Assembly (NCBI RefSeq): GCF_030144855.1
Contig: NC_082731.1
Coordinates: forward strand, 23,374,001-23,438,000
Direction of reading: 5' to 3'
Length of the DNA: 64,000 nucleotides
Origin: Hypanus sabinus
Taxonomy: Eukaryota
The notes below the pieces were generated by a model. It searched no databases. It was not told where the DNA came from and was given only the letters and a program-made list of their open reading frames with translations. Each line of letters opens with the position of its first letter. Position 1 is the first letter of the stretch. Shown in pieces: positions 51,500-64,000 of the stretch. A program made the position numbers and the translations under genes.

Positions 51500-53358
51500 G
51501 CCAAAACAACAATATCAACGTATATCTTCTGGAAACAACAAAACTAAACACCAATGGAAAGTTTCAAACCTTCGTGCATGTTAGAAATATGCAAGCGTGG
51601 CTCAGCCTCTATTTCAGGTTTAACATATTGAACTGAACTATCTAAGAATTATTCTAATACAGTATAAAATATATGAAGTATTGTATGACAAGTTTTAATT
51701 TTATAACATGACCGAATGGAGTGTAAAAAAGTACCAATTTCTCGATTACATCTTAAACATTGATCAGATAAATTTGAGATAAAAACAAAAACCATGCTAA
51801 TGCTGTGAATGAAAAAAAGTACACAACATTACCCCCCACCCCACTCCGTTGTGCGTGTCATGACCAACGCCATGGTTGTACACATGAATCCCTTAGCGAT
51901 CGATCCGATGTTCCCCCAGGCCCCCGTAAAATGAAAAAAAAGATATAAGAGAGAATAAAAAATAATATCACTGGGCTCGATTAATATTTCTCAAATGTTT
52001 ACCTTTCTACCCCTGTATCATATAATTAAAAGTATATTTAAATATTCTTCTGTCCATGATGTCTATCAATGCACTTCAGTGTCTCCGAATTTATCTTTAA
52101 TCTGTTTGACATTTAAATGTTTACTGTGTCCAGCGAACATTTGGGAGTTCATGTGCAAACTCCTCTGCATCCCGATGATCAGCAAAAAAAAAAATTCCGT
52201 CATCCAAAAAAATTACCAGTGTTGCCGGGAGGCGCAATATACATTTATAACACTTTTCCCGTAAAAAAAATTTTCGCTGGGTTAAATTCCTTTTTGCTCT
52301 TCAAAAGGTCATATCTTATATCAGGATAGAAAAGAACTGCTTTCCCTTCTAACATCAATGGCTCATTTCTCGCTTTGTCGCATTGGGCAGCCGTCTTCAG
52401 GATATTTTCTTCATCTTGAAATCTTAAGCATTTTATCAAGATTGGTCGTGGGTTTTGATCAGGTTGAGATTTATATCTGAAGGTTTTGTGAGCCCTTTCG
52501 ATTTCAATCAACTGTGTTCCCTCTTCCATTTCCAAATTTTATTGGATCCATTAAAAAAAAGATTGGATCCTCTCCCCCTATCACTTCTTTAAGACTAAGA
52601 TTTTCAAGCACCTCTATTTATTCCAACAGTCGTTTTCTTTCTGATGTCCGGGCAAGAATATTATCTTCCATTTTATTCACTCTATCAATAGCGTCTTCCG
52701 TTATTTCTTCCGGTTTTTTTTTTATTTCTTGTCCATTTTCTACTGTTTTTTCACAATTTTATCAAACATAGTATTCATAATTTTATATCTTCTTTTATTA
52801 CTTTCAATGTTTTTCATTCTTTTAATTCATGCATTATTTGCTCCGAAACTTCTCTTATGACTCCGGAAAATCGTCCACCTCCAACCTCTTCTTTTTTTTT
52901 TTCTTTTACCTCCTCATCTTTATCTGCATGTTCCAGAGAATGCGAATCCTCCGTGGGTTCATTTTCACTTCCGCTTCCAATCGTAGCTGGGATTTATGGT
53001 TCAAATTGCTTATGTTTGCGCATGCCCTTTCCTGCGCGCACGCGCAGTTCCTGTTTTTCCTTCTTGGAGATAGGTGATGTTGCCGACGATTTCTGTTCTG
53101 TATCGCCGCAGGTAAGTTGCACTTAAGTCCGATGCTGCTTCATGGTGGCTGCCCAGCTTGTACTCTCTTCTAAGTGGAAGTTTGCTTCTTTGTCTGTTTA
53201 GGAGGCATATCGAAATAAAATCCTGAGTAGTTTAGACGTAGTTTTTAGAAAATATTTACTAACTTTTCTTCACTTAAACATCAATTTATTAGTTTTTTTT
53301 ACGGGAGAGCTGGAGTTCCACGTCTAGATCCTAAGTCATCACGTGACGCCCGGCCCCC
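51500..53358 (-). mobile_element. L1 5' portion (5'UTR + decayed ORF1; ORF2 absent)
   Basis: 5' end GGGGGCCGGGCGTCACGTG; ATG at 53208; IEIERAHKT...PRPILIKCLRFQDEENIL ORF1 motif. Left boundary approximate. Confidence 0.75.
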
Positions 53359-53374
53359 ATACAAATACAATTGT

Positions 53375-54490
53375 ATCTGCATGACTTAATCTGTCTGATG
53401 TGTTGTTGGAGGAAGTTGTTCCGCAGCCTGTTGATCCTGAATTTTATGCTGCGGTCCCGTTTCTCTGATGGTAACAGCTGGAACATTTTGTGCTTGATGT
53501 GTATCGGGATTCTATTGATGGTTCGGACACTTTTTTACAGGCCTCTCTTTTCAAACGTCCTGAATACCGGGGAGTTCACATCTACAGATGCGCTGTCTGC
53601 AGAATTCTGCGATCGAGGGAAGTAAAATTCCAACACCAGTCTGTTGTAGACTGCTCTTAGGATTTGGGGATCCAACGTATTCCACCGCCTGAGGTGCAAG
53701 AGGCGCTGTTTGTCGTACTCACCACGAAACCGGACTGTACTGATCACGGCAGATCTTTAGAGATTTTTATGCCGAAAAAAACATGAGTTTTAAGGATACA
53801 TTGTTTCTAATATTGGTAAGTCTGTCTCTATTCTTCCTGTAGTCCACAGCAAGCTTCTTTGTTTCTTTTTTTCTCCCTGCGACATTGGGAGAGAAGTTGT
53901 TACCATGACGCCACTCTGTCAGGATGGAGAATTCTTCACTTTGGGGTCGCACATTGTTGTTTGAGATTAGGTCAATCAGTGTACTGTCGTCAGAAAATTA
54001 AATTAGCAGGTTGAAGCTCTGGGTTTGGAGACAGTAATTGCTATACTAAGATTAAAGGAAGAGGCTTCGTACACAGAAACGGGGGCACGTGTGTTGAAGG
54101 TCACAGAAACATTGGAGAGATAGCCCATTCATACCTACTGCGGTGATCTGACAGAATGTCGAGGATCCCGCTACATAATGCAGGGTGACTGCCGAGGTCT
54201 CTGAACTTCTTTTCGAAACTGGAGTGAATTATGGTTTTCAATGTTGAACTGTAGTACAAGAAAAAACATTCATTTATTAGCATCCCGCATCTCTAGATGT
54301 GTAAGGACGGTGTGCAGATTTGTGGCTTTTGCGTCATCTATTGATCGGTTATTTCGAGAGGGGAACTTTAGTGGATTCACTGTCGGTGGTAGAATGCTAC
54401 AGGTGTTGTCCTTGATAAGTTACGAAAACAATTTGCTTATTATTGAGCACAGTTCAGCAGGACGTCAGTCGTTCGGAGCTGTTACATGGA
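53375..54490 (-). mobile_element. Rex1/Babar-like LINE 3' fragment (paralogous to 35715-36880)
   Basis: Collinear similarity by eye; KKETKKLAVDYRK motif. Confidence 0.7.
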
Positions 54491-54699
54491 CTTTTTAGGC
54501 AGAGAGTCAATAACCTCTGTTTTGACGCAGGACGGCACTCTACAGTGAGAGATGGAAAGAATAAAAATGACTGTAAGCAGAACTGCCAGTTGAATCGTGC
54601 ACATCCTGTGTACACGCCCTGGGATGACGGCCGATCCCGAAAAAGTACTTCGATCAATATATATATATATACATCTCCACAACATCATATACAAAAAGC

Positions 54700-57600
54700 C
54701 TTATTTGTATAGCAGCTAGGTTTACATCTATATTCTGCAAAAAAGGCTGTCATGTTTTATGATAACTATTTGATTTTGAGTGTACAGTACATGTCAAAAA
54801 GTTTAAAGTAATGTATTCCATGATTAATTTACGCTTAACAAAATGTCTAGGGGACTTCTTTCGTTTTGAGCAAAGTAAAATCCTAAATTTATGTACTCTT
54901 TGACTAAAGCACATCATCATTGCATCATCAAACAAATCTCATAGATCGAAAATATCCTTGGAAAAACAAAGTTTAAATGCAGACTTCATTAACCCTGTCT
55001 GAAAATCCGGACTGCCGGCTATTGGAGTGAAGGGTAATATTTTTGCTGCGTTGCCCTCAATTTGTCGCATCGCCCTCCAAGCGCTGACAATATTCATCGT
55101 TACTGAATAACGACAATATTCCATAACAAGTTTCATCTCATTGAGGAAAAGCAAAGTATAAGATGGTACTTTGCTTGTGAAGCTTTAATGTCAAGCCAGA
55201 TTGTGGAGGAGTGTCTGCAAACCCAGTCAACTACAAAATATATATAAAAAAAAAACTTAATTGTTAGTTTTGATGTCTGGAAAATCCAGACCGCCTGGGC
55301 AAGCTGTAACTTAGGTATTTTAATACAGTTTTTTTTTTCCAGATCTAAGAAACAGACATACCATATATTTCTTAACAACAACGCACACAAAATGCTGGTG
55401 CAACACAGCAGACCAGGCAGAATCTGTAGGGAGAATCTCAGTCGACGTTTCGGGCCGAGATCCTTCTTCAGGACTAACCGAAAAGATAGTAAGAAATTGA
55501 AAAGTAGTGGGGGTAGGGGGAAATGCGAAATGATAGGAGAAGACCGGATTGGGTGGGATGAAGCTAAGAGCTGGAAAGGTGATTGGCGAAAGTGTTACAG
55601 AGCTGGAGAAGGGAAACTATCATGGGACTGGAGGCCTCGGGAGAAAGAATGGAGTTGGGGGGAGGACCAAAGGGAGATGGAGACAGGCCAACTACTATAT
55701 TTGTCAGGGATGGGATAAGAAGGGGGAGTGACATTAATGGAAGGTAGAGAAGTCAATGTTAATGCCATCAGGTTGGAGGCTACCAAGCCGGGCTATAAGG
55801 TGTTGTTCCTCCAACCTGTGTTTGGCTTCATTTTGACAATAGAGGAGGCCATGGACAGACATAACAGAATCGGAATGGGACGTGCAATTAAAATGTGCGG
55901 CGACTAGGAGATTCTGCTTTTTCTGCGGACCGAGCATATGTGTTCAGCGAAACGGTCTCTCAGTCTGCGTCGGGTCTCACCAATATTAAAAGGCCATACC
56001 GGGAGCACCGGACTCAGTATACCACACCAGCGGACTCACAGGTGAAGTGTCACCGCACCTGGAAGGACTATCTGGGGCCCTGAATGGTGGTGAGGCAGGA
56101 AGTGTAAGGGCAGGTGTTGCACTTGTTCAGTTTACAAGGATAAGTGCCAGGATGGAGATTGGTGGGAAGGGATGGGGGTAAGAGTGGACAAGAGTGTCGC
56201 GTGCGGTGCGATCCCTGCGAAAAGCAGAAAGAGGTGCGGAGGGAAAATGTGTTGGTTCGTATGATCCCGTTGGAGATTGCGGAAGTTACGGAGAATTATA
56301 CGTTGGACCCAGAGGCTGGTGGGGTGGTATGTAAGGATAAGGGCAACCCTATCCAGAGTGGGGTGGCGGGTGGATGGAGTGAGGGCAGATGAGCGGGAAA
56401 TGGGAGAGTTGCGTTTGAGAGCAGAGTTGACGGTGAACGAAGGGAAGCCCCTTTGTTTAAAAGAGGAAGACATCTCCTTCGTCCTGGAATGAAAAGCCTA
56501 ATCCTGAGAGCAGATGCGGCGGAGTCGGACGAATTGTGAGAAGGGAATAGCATTTTTTCAAGATGCAAGAATGGAAGTGAAATAGGCAAGGTTGCTTTGA
56601 GCGTCTGTAGGCTTATAGTAGATATCCGTAGATAGACGGTCTCCAGAGATGGAGACAGAATGATCAAGATAGGGGAGGGAGGTGTCGGAAATGAACCAGG
56701 TAAATGTGAAAGCAGGGTGAAAGTTGGAGGCAAAGTTAATGAAGTCGACGAGCTCAGCATGTGTGCAGAAGGCAGCGCCAATGCAGTCGTCTATGTAGCG
56801 AAGGAAAAAAAAAATCCTCTATAGACTTGGAACATGGACTGTTCCACAAGGCCAACAAAAATGCAGGCATACCTGGTACCCATACGGGTGCCCATGGCTA
56901 CACCCTTGGTTTAGAGGAAGTGGGTGGAGCCAAAGGCAAAATTATTGAGAGTAAGAACTAATTCTGTTAGACGGAGGAGTGTGGTATTAGAGGGGAATTG
57001 GTTACGTCTGGAATCCAAAAAAAAATAAACGAAGCGAAGAGCTTCGAGAACATCTCGCTGGAGGATGGAGGTATTTAGGGACTGCACGTCCATGGTGGAA
57101 ATCAGACGCTGAGGGACAGGGAAGTTAAAATCATTGAAAAAATACAAAGCATGAGTAGTGTCACGAACATAGGTGGGAAGAGATTGAACAAGGGTGGATC
57201 AGACAGTGTCAAGTTATGCAGAAATAAGTTCAGTCGGGCAGGAGCAAGCTGAGACAATAGGTCTATCTGGACAGGCAGGTTTGTGGATCCTGGGTAGGGG
57301 GTAGAAAGGAGAAGTGGGGTATTTGGAAACAATGAGGTTGGTGGCAGTGGATGGCAGATCCCCAGAGCGGATAAGGTTGGTGATGGTATAGGAGTCAATG
57401 GCCTGGTGCTCCTTAGTGGGATCATGATCAAGGGGTAAACAAGAGTAAGTAAAACAAATAGAACTATTTTTTTGGTAAGGATGACTGGAATCATTCGTAT
57501 TGGGTGGAGCAGAGGAGGCAGAATGTTCATTTGGAGCAAGGATCTTCGGCCAAGCCAAGAAATGGGGATAGTATTCCTTCGCTCAAGATCTAGTTTCATT

Positions 57601-57750
57601 GTATCAAACTACTGTAAAGTTAGCTTTGAACAATAGATCAAATTGGTGGGATAAATATGCCCAGGTACCCAAAACCGGACTTTGACCATTTAGAGGGGAA
57701 AATTCAATGAGACTCTGATTTAGTAAATATTATGTTGTAATCTGAAAAGG
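54700..57750 (-). mobile_element. L1 ORF2 fragment (54700-55380 and 57445-57750) split by a Penelope-like insertion
   Basis: Flanks rejoin to match 37970-39600; ISWLGRRSLLQMNILPPLLHPIRMIP motif. Confidence 0.7.
55390..57440 (-). mobile_element. Penelope-like element (RT + GIY-YIG), decayed
   Basis: FYPLPRIHKPACPDRPIVSACSCPTE, LISTMDVQSL, FKQRGFP, HRLEEQHLIARLGSLQPDGINIDF. Confidence 0.88.
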
Positions 57751-57754
57751 CTTG

Positions 57755-59240
57755 CATGAAGAGAAGTGTTATGGCAATTGTAAGGGATTTTAACATGCCA
57801 GTGGATTTGGATAATCAGGTCGGCACTGATTCTAAAGAGAGAGAATCTGTAGAGTGTCCACGAGGTGGCTTTGTAGAGCAGCTTGTTGTTGAGACCGCTA
57901 GGGTATCGTCTGTAATGGATTGGCGATTGTGTAATAAATCAGAGCTAGTTAGAGAGATAGAAGTGAAGTAACCCTTAGGAGGCAGTGATCACAATGTGAT
58001 TGAGTTCACTGTGAAATTTGAGAAACAGAAGTCGAAATCCGATGTGTCAGTATTTCAGTGGCGTAAAGGAAATTACAGTGGCATGAGAGAAGAACTGACC
58101 AAGGATGACTGGAATGGGACACTGCCGGGAAGGACGGCATAGCAACAGTGGCAGGAGTTTATGCGAGAAGTGAGGGCGGTGCAAACAGCCATATTCCAAA
58201 GAAAAATAAATTTTCGAATCGAAAAGAAGATGCAACCTTGGCTGACAGGGGAAGACAAAGCCAATGTAAAAGCAAAACAGAGGGCATACAAGGAAGCAAA
58301 ACTTAGTGAGAAGACAGCGGATTATGAAGTTTTTAAAAGCTTACAAAATGAAACTAAGTCTATTGTTAAGAGGGAAAAGATGAACTATGAAAGTACGATA
58401 GCAAATAATATCAAAGACGATCATAAAAGCTTTTTCAAGTATATAAGCTGTAAAAGACAAGTGAGAGTAGATATAGTAGATTGAAAATGATGCTGGAGAA
58501 ATTGTCTTGGCCGATAGGGAGATAAGGAGATGGCGGAGTAACTAAACGAACATATTGCATCAGTCCTCACTTAGGAAGACTTCAGTAATATACCGGACAG
58601 TCAAGGATGTCAGGGAAGAGAAATATCAGCAGTCTCAATTATGACAGACTGAATAGTCTAAGGGTAGATAAATCCTCTGGACCAGATGGAATGCACTTTC
58701 GTGTTCTCAAAGGAAGTAGCCGTGGAAATTGCGGAGGTATTAGCTATGATCTTCCAAAAGTTAATAGATTCTGGCCTGGTTGCAGAGGACTGGGAGATTG
58801 CAAATGTAACTCCGCTATTTAAGCGGGGAGCAAGGAAGCATAAAGAAATTATGGGCCTATTAGCTTGACATCGGTGGTGTGGAAGTTGTTCGAGTCGATT
58901 GTCATGGATGGGCTTACTGAGTTCCTGGCAGCATTTGACAAGAAAAGCAGAACTCGGTCCGGTTTCCTTAAAGGAAAATGCTGCCTGACAAACCCAGTGC
59001 AATTTTTTGAGGTAAGTTGAAGTAGGCAGGACAAGGGAGATGTAGTGGGTGTTGTGTATTTTGATTTTCATTAGGCCTTTGACAAGGTGCCGCACATGAG
59101 GCTGCTAAACAAGATAACAGCCATTGGATTTACAGGATAGTTGCATACCTGGATGTTTGACAGCAAACAAAGAGTGGGAGTAAAGAGTTCCCATTCTGTC
59201 TTCCTTCCTTTTGACACAAAATACAGCCTTTCATTTGCGA
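57755..59240 (+). mobile_element. CR1 ORF2 fragment (APE end to RT)
   Basis: IVRDFNMPVD, KSSGPDGMHFRVLK, DWEIANVTPLFKRG motifs. Confidence 0.85.
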
Positions 59241-59299
59241 CAACACAGTGACGCCCACAGCGTAATACCGTCATATCTGTAATGCACCACATATTCTTC

Positions 59300-59930
59300 A
59301 ACCTTATTCGGAATGGTACCTGCATTTAAATGCAGCACATTCAACATTGCAGTTTTGCTATTTTGAATTTTGCCTCTGTGATGCAATTTAACTTTGTTTT
59401 ATGTGCACTTGTACCGAATTATTCGCTCCTCCTTCCTGCTTTCATGATACACTCATGATCTACTTGCCAACTGTCTGCTCATTTACAGCTCTATCATTCT
59501 ATTTCCCTTCCACCTGCCATAGTAACCAGAACTAATCCCAAACGCCCTACCGGATCTGCCAGCAAAAATATTGGTCCCCCTCGGAATCAAGAGCAACTGC
59601 CCCTTTTGTACATGTCTCACCTTCGGCAGAAGAGGTCCCATTTGTACTGAAATCTGAATCTCTTCCTCTTGCTCCAGTTCTTCGGCATTTATCTGCCGCT
59701 TTGTTCTTTTCCTACTCTCACTGCCGCGTGACGCAAACATCAATTCCGACATTACTAATTTTGAGTCCTGCTTCTCAGATTCCTCCGTAGCCCTCTGCAT
59801 GCATTTTCCTGGACGCCTTCTTTTCTTTCCTTTCTACGTCGTTGTTGAAAACATGTACGACGACTTCTGGCTGTTCCCTATCCCTTTCAGAATACTGTTG
59901 ACGAGTCCATAAACATCTCGGAACCTGGCA
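59300..59930 (-). mobile_element. CR1 ORF1/ORF2 junction fragment
   Basis: Similar to 46980-47400 on the opposite strand (GTNIFAGR). Confidence 0.55.
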
Positions 59931-60199
59931 CCTACGAAGAAAACTACCAGTCGTGTTTCCTTTACGCGTAAAAGAACAGCCCATTTGCCCCACTGAGTAT
60001 ACAGTCCGCTGTTACTGTAGCCATTTTCTTCAGTTCCCTACCCTTCTGAGACACCAGTATCAGAGGCACGGCCTTTGTCGCTCTGCTCAGGGTGTGGTAC
60101 ACCCGCCCACATCCGCCCCCCAATTTGTAATAAAATGAAGTATTTTTTGCCGAGGTGAATGCCACAGGCGTACTCCCAGATCAGAGTACTGGCTGCGTC

Positions 60200-61500
60200 G
60201 ATACACACTATTCTTTCCAGATAAATTTCAGAGTAAGAATACAGGAAATAGCTCACCTCGCCACCGATATTTCTCGTCGAGCCTTGTTTATTAAAACCTT
60301 GGTACACTGATTCATGCATTTTCCGAAGAGGAGCACTATGAAATCTCTGTTTCGCAAAGTGGTTTCTTTCTTCTTAAAGACCGGTGTAAACTCATAGTGT
60401 CGGACCTCCGCTGGAGGCTGCGATTGCATCTGTGCAATTGATCAATCAAGGACCACCGACAAGAAGCTTTTTGAATTTCCGAGCTCTGTGGCGGACTTGC
60501 GTATGAACGCACCTGTTGCATCTCCGCGGTACTCCAGTCAATGACTCCCCATCGAATAACTTGCTGTTTATGATGCGCTTTTGCGGACCTACGCGGGAAT
60601 GCTCCTCTTGTGTGGTTTTCGCACTTTCATTCAGCACTATTTTACGGTTGCAGTGATTGAGTTTTATGATGACATCTGTGAATGATGATGTTGCATTATC
60701 CAGTATGATTCATATGTCTCTTTGTCTTACCGCTGCACAAGGCATGTAAATTGTGATGGATTTCCAATTAGGTTGCAGCTGTCTCATCCAATCATATCTG
60801 AAAAATGTTGTAGCAAGTGCTGAAGAAACTTGCCTTGCACTGCTATTTGAAAGCACGCACTTCGTCTTTTGTATGTTTTCAATGGTAAATGTCAAGAATT
60901 TGCCCCTGTGTCGCTCTCATCTTGATCAGAGATTGAATCAACAACGTGTACTGTATTGTCGTTGAATTTTCTGCAAGTATTCCAGTGTATGTATGTGCCT
61001 GTTTTGGGTTTGTGAGCCAGAACGGTAACATGATCTGTTCGGACCTGTAGGCTGCCGCTCAGCCGTTGTATGCTTGCACATGCTCGCTTTAATTCCTGTG
61101 CTAATAAACTAATACGATGATGGCATTGGTCTGTCAAGAATTGGACGATCTGTGCGTTGATGGGCTTTCGGAAGTAGAGCTGTCCAGTGCACAATCATGT
61201 GCTGAAAGAATGCAGATCCTCGGAAGCCCTGGGAAACCAACTATTAGCTTCACTGCGGTCATCCCAACGAAACGGAAGGAGTACATTTGGCACCAGTTTG
61301 GCTGCAGAAGCTGCTGAAAGGACATTCAGTGTCGTCCAGACGCATATGTTACTCCACTCTGGATTTTCTGCCTGCGTTTGTTCTAGTAACCTGTGTCTCT
61401 CCCGAGGCTGCTCATAAGGCACTGGAGCTATTTTCCCAGAGGTAGGGATCTGGCTCTCATTCACTAGGGCGTCCCGAGACCCTCCCGTAGTTCAGTGAAA
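60200..61500 (-). mobile_element. Degenerate non-LTR retrotransposon, probably APE/linker region
   Basis: Short open frames with RWDDRS and QVRTDHVTVL, resembling endonuclease RxDR and SDH motifs; weak. Confidence 0.35.
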
Positions 61501-62259
61501 GTCTGAATGATCTACAGTTTCATTGTCTCGCTAGCGAGGAGGCAGATCATGAGGCTTGAAGTTGAAGAGACTATGGACTGCTCGGAAGAGCCCTGCTCGC
61601 TCATAACTTTTTTTTTCGAGATTACTCGGCAGGAAGTTCGAAGAAAGCGAGAACATCTAGCACTGCCCGAAATACTACCATGTTAAACTCGTCGCTAAAA
61701 CCTTTTTTCAGATATATATGAATACGTCTGCCATATAATAACTTTCTGTCTACACAACTCGTGACATAAGATCGTGACATCACAAAGAAGAAAACAATAA
61801 ATTGAACAACCTGGATAAGTTAACTCTTCCCTTACTTTTGTTCGATACAGAACAGTGAACTACATATTTGACTCCCGTGTTGCTTTGACTCCACAGCTTG
61901 AAGTTGTAATTTTTGCAGTTTATTTGCTTGCGTACAACTCCCAGAAGTTGAAATCATTGTCAGCGACACGCTGGAGCTTTTGGCAGCCTACGTCTTGTGG
62001 TATTTAATGTAGGATCACGCAGGGAAATATATCCCGCTCTCATTATAGGAGACACATTTCGGTATTTGTATCGAGTACTGTAAATTTTGTCGGTATCAAT
62101 GACCTCTCTCAACGCATGTCTCAACAGAGAATTTTCATCGATTTACTGGGTTATAGACTGAAAGGAATAAAAAAAAAACAAACAAAAAAGAAATGTTCCT
62201 CGATAATCACATCCGAGAGCGGATGAATAACAGTTTTGCTTTCGTCTCCATCACCATTA

Positions 62260-63540
62260 AGTCAAGTCAAGTCAAATCAATTTTATGGTCATTTCGACCA
62301 TAACTGCTGTTACAGTACAAAGTAAAAATGAGACAACGTTTTTCAGGACCATGGTGTTACATGACACAATACAAAAGCTAGACTGAACTACGTAAAAAAA
62401 TAAAAAATAAAAGACAGCACAGGGAACGCTACACTAGACTACAGACCTACACAGGTCTGCGTAGAGGACTCAACAACAATGCAGGCATTACAATAAATAA
62501 TAAACAGGACAATCGGCCAAGGTGTCAGTCTAGGGTTTGGGTATTGAGGAGTCTGATAGCTTTAAATAAACAACTGTTGCATAGTCTAGCCGTGAGAACC
62601 CGAATACTCCAGAACCTTTTCCCAGACGGCAGAAGGGAGAAGCGATTGCATGATGGATGCATGCTGACCTTCATAATGCTGTTTCCTTTGCCGATGCAGC
62701 ATGAAGTGTAAATGTCCGTGTTAGCACGACGAGAAACCCGTATGATCTTCTCAACTGATCAAAGTCTCCGTTGCATGGTCTTGCGAAACGAGATGGTGCA
62801 ATTTCCGAAATATGCAGTGATGCAACTGTAGAATGTGATGAGGATGGGGGGTGGGAGATCGACTTTGGTCTTTGGTCAGCTTTTGCAGTAAGTACAGACG
62901 CTGCTGGGGTTTCTTTGCTTTGCAGATAGAGTTGACGGAGCAGGTGAGATTCTCCGGCAGGTGAACACCAAAAAAACATTGGTACTCTTTACGATCTCTA
63001 CTGAGGAGCCGTCGATCTTCAGCGGGGAGTGGTCGCTGCGTGCCCTCCTGAAGTCAACAACAATATCATCTGATTTTTTTCACATTAATGATAGGTTAGC
63101 TCTGCACCAGACCGTTAGTCGCTGTACCGCCTTTCTGTAAGGTGACTCGTCGTTTTTGCTGATTAGTCCCACCACCATCGTGTCACCGAAGAACTTGATG
63201 ATATGGTTCAAGCTGTGTGCAGCAGCAAAGCCGTGGATCAGCAGAGTGAGCAATAGGGACTGAGCACGCAGCCCTCTGGCGCCCCTGTGTTCAGTGTGAT
63301 GGTGTTGTAGATGCTGCTTCTGATCGGGACTGACTGAGGTCTCCCAGTCAGGAAGTCTAGGATCCAGTTGCAGAAGGAGGTGTTCAGGCAAAGTAGGGTC
63401 TGCTTTCCAATCAGTTTCTAAGGGATGATTGTGTTGAATGCTGAACTGCAGTCTATGAACAGCATCTGAACGTATGTGTCTTTCTTTGCAGGTAGGTTAG
63501 GGCCAGGTGGAGGGTGGTGGCAATGGCGCCATCTGTTAAG
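62260..63540 (-). mobile_element. Rex1/Babar-like LINE 3' portion with (TTGAC)n tail
   Basis: IIKFFGDTMVVGLISKNDESPYRKAVQRLTVWCRAN motif; TCAAG repeats at ~62260-62280. Confidence 0.85.
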
Positions 63541-64000
63541 CGGTTGGAAATTGCAATAGACAATAAGATTATCGAAATGGGCAGACTGAACTAACGAACG
63601 TTTATGAGGAAATGAAGCATGGATACAAAACTATCATGCAAGAAGCGAATCGTCTCCGGCATGACAGCTAAAAATATGGTCTCTTGTTCGATGCGGACAG
63701 AACGTATCCGAAGATTCAACTCTGACATTGAAATGCTCCTTAAAAATGCTACACGAAGGTGCTCGTATTCAATGTAATGCAGTAATTACCCCTTCAGATT
63801 TTTCAGATGTAGCACAAAGATGAAGGGTGGATTATGAATGAGACAACCAATGTCTGTCTGCCAGCTACCTGAACAGATGCCATGTAGGCAGACCATCTGC
63901 TCTACTCAAAAAAGATGTCCCTGAGCGCTCTATTATTACATTTCGCCAGTGTCGCTTCAGTTCTACAGACAGAGAGTATTCTCCTGCTCATTCAAATCTT

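Noticed and set aside
63760-64000. GNYC-like codons on the minus strand at the window end (possible V relic)
   Set aside because: Stops in all frames, no WYRQ motif and no RSS.

Overview
Eukaryotic, repeat-rich genomic DNA, almost certainly from a cartilaginous fish; the repeat families suggest a ray/batoid, but that is a low-confidence inference. The only host-gene content I can support is antigen-receptor gene segments on the minus strand. They form a complete germline NAR-TCR cassette of the TCR-delta locus: leader (32957-32915), IgNAR-like V (32770-32477, 22-RSS), a single D (32085-32070, 12/12 RSS), NAR-type J (31642-31585, 23-RSS), then an intron to a leaderless 'supporting' TCR-delta V with a CDR1 cysteine (30215-29913). 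A diverged tandem paralogue (~22.1-26.7 kb) keeps only a pseudogenised supporting V-delta and lacks the ~1.77 kb L-V-D-J module. Both supporting V copies are followed by two tandem, same-orientation 23-spacer RSSs exactly 61 bp apart, which is the most unusual feature I found. NAR-TCR itself is a known system (nurse shark); what may be new is this copy's architecture. No D-delta, J-delta or constant exon is visible. The rest is a full-length decayed L1 with a TSD, RTE, CR1, Rex1/Babar, Penelope-like elements, two solo LTRs with TSDs, SINEs, microsatellites and two assembly gaps. Repeat boundaries lacking TSDs are approximate and set by eye.
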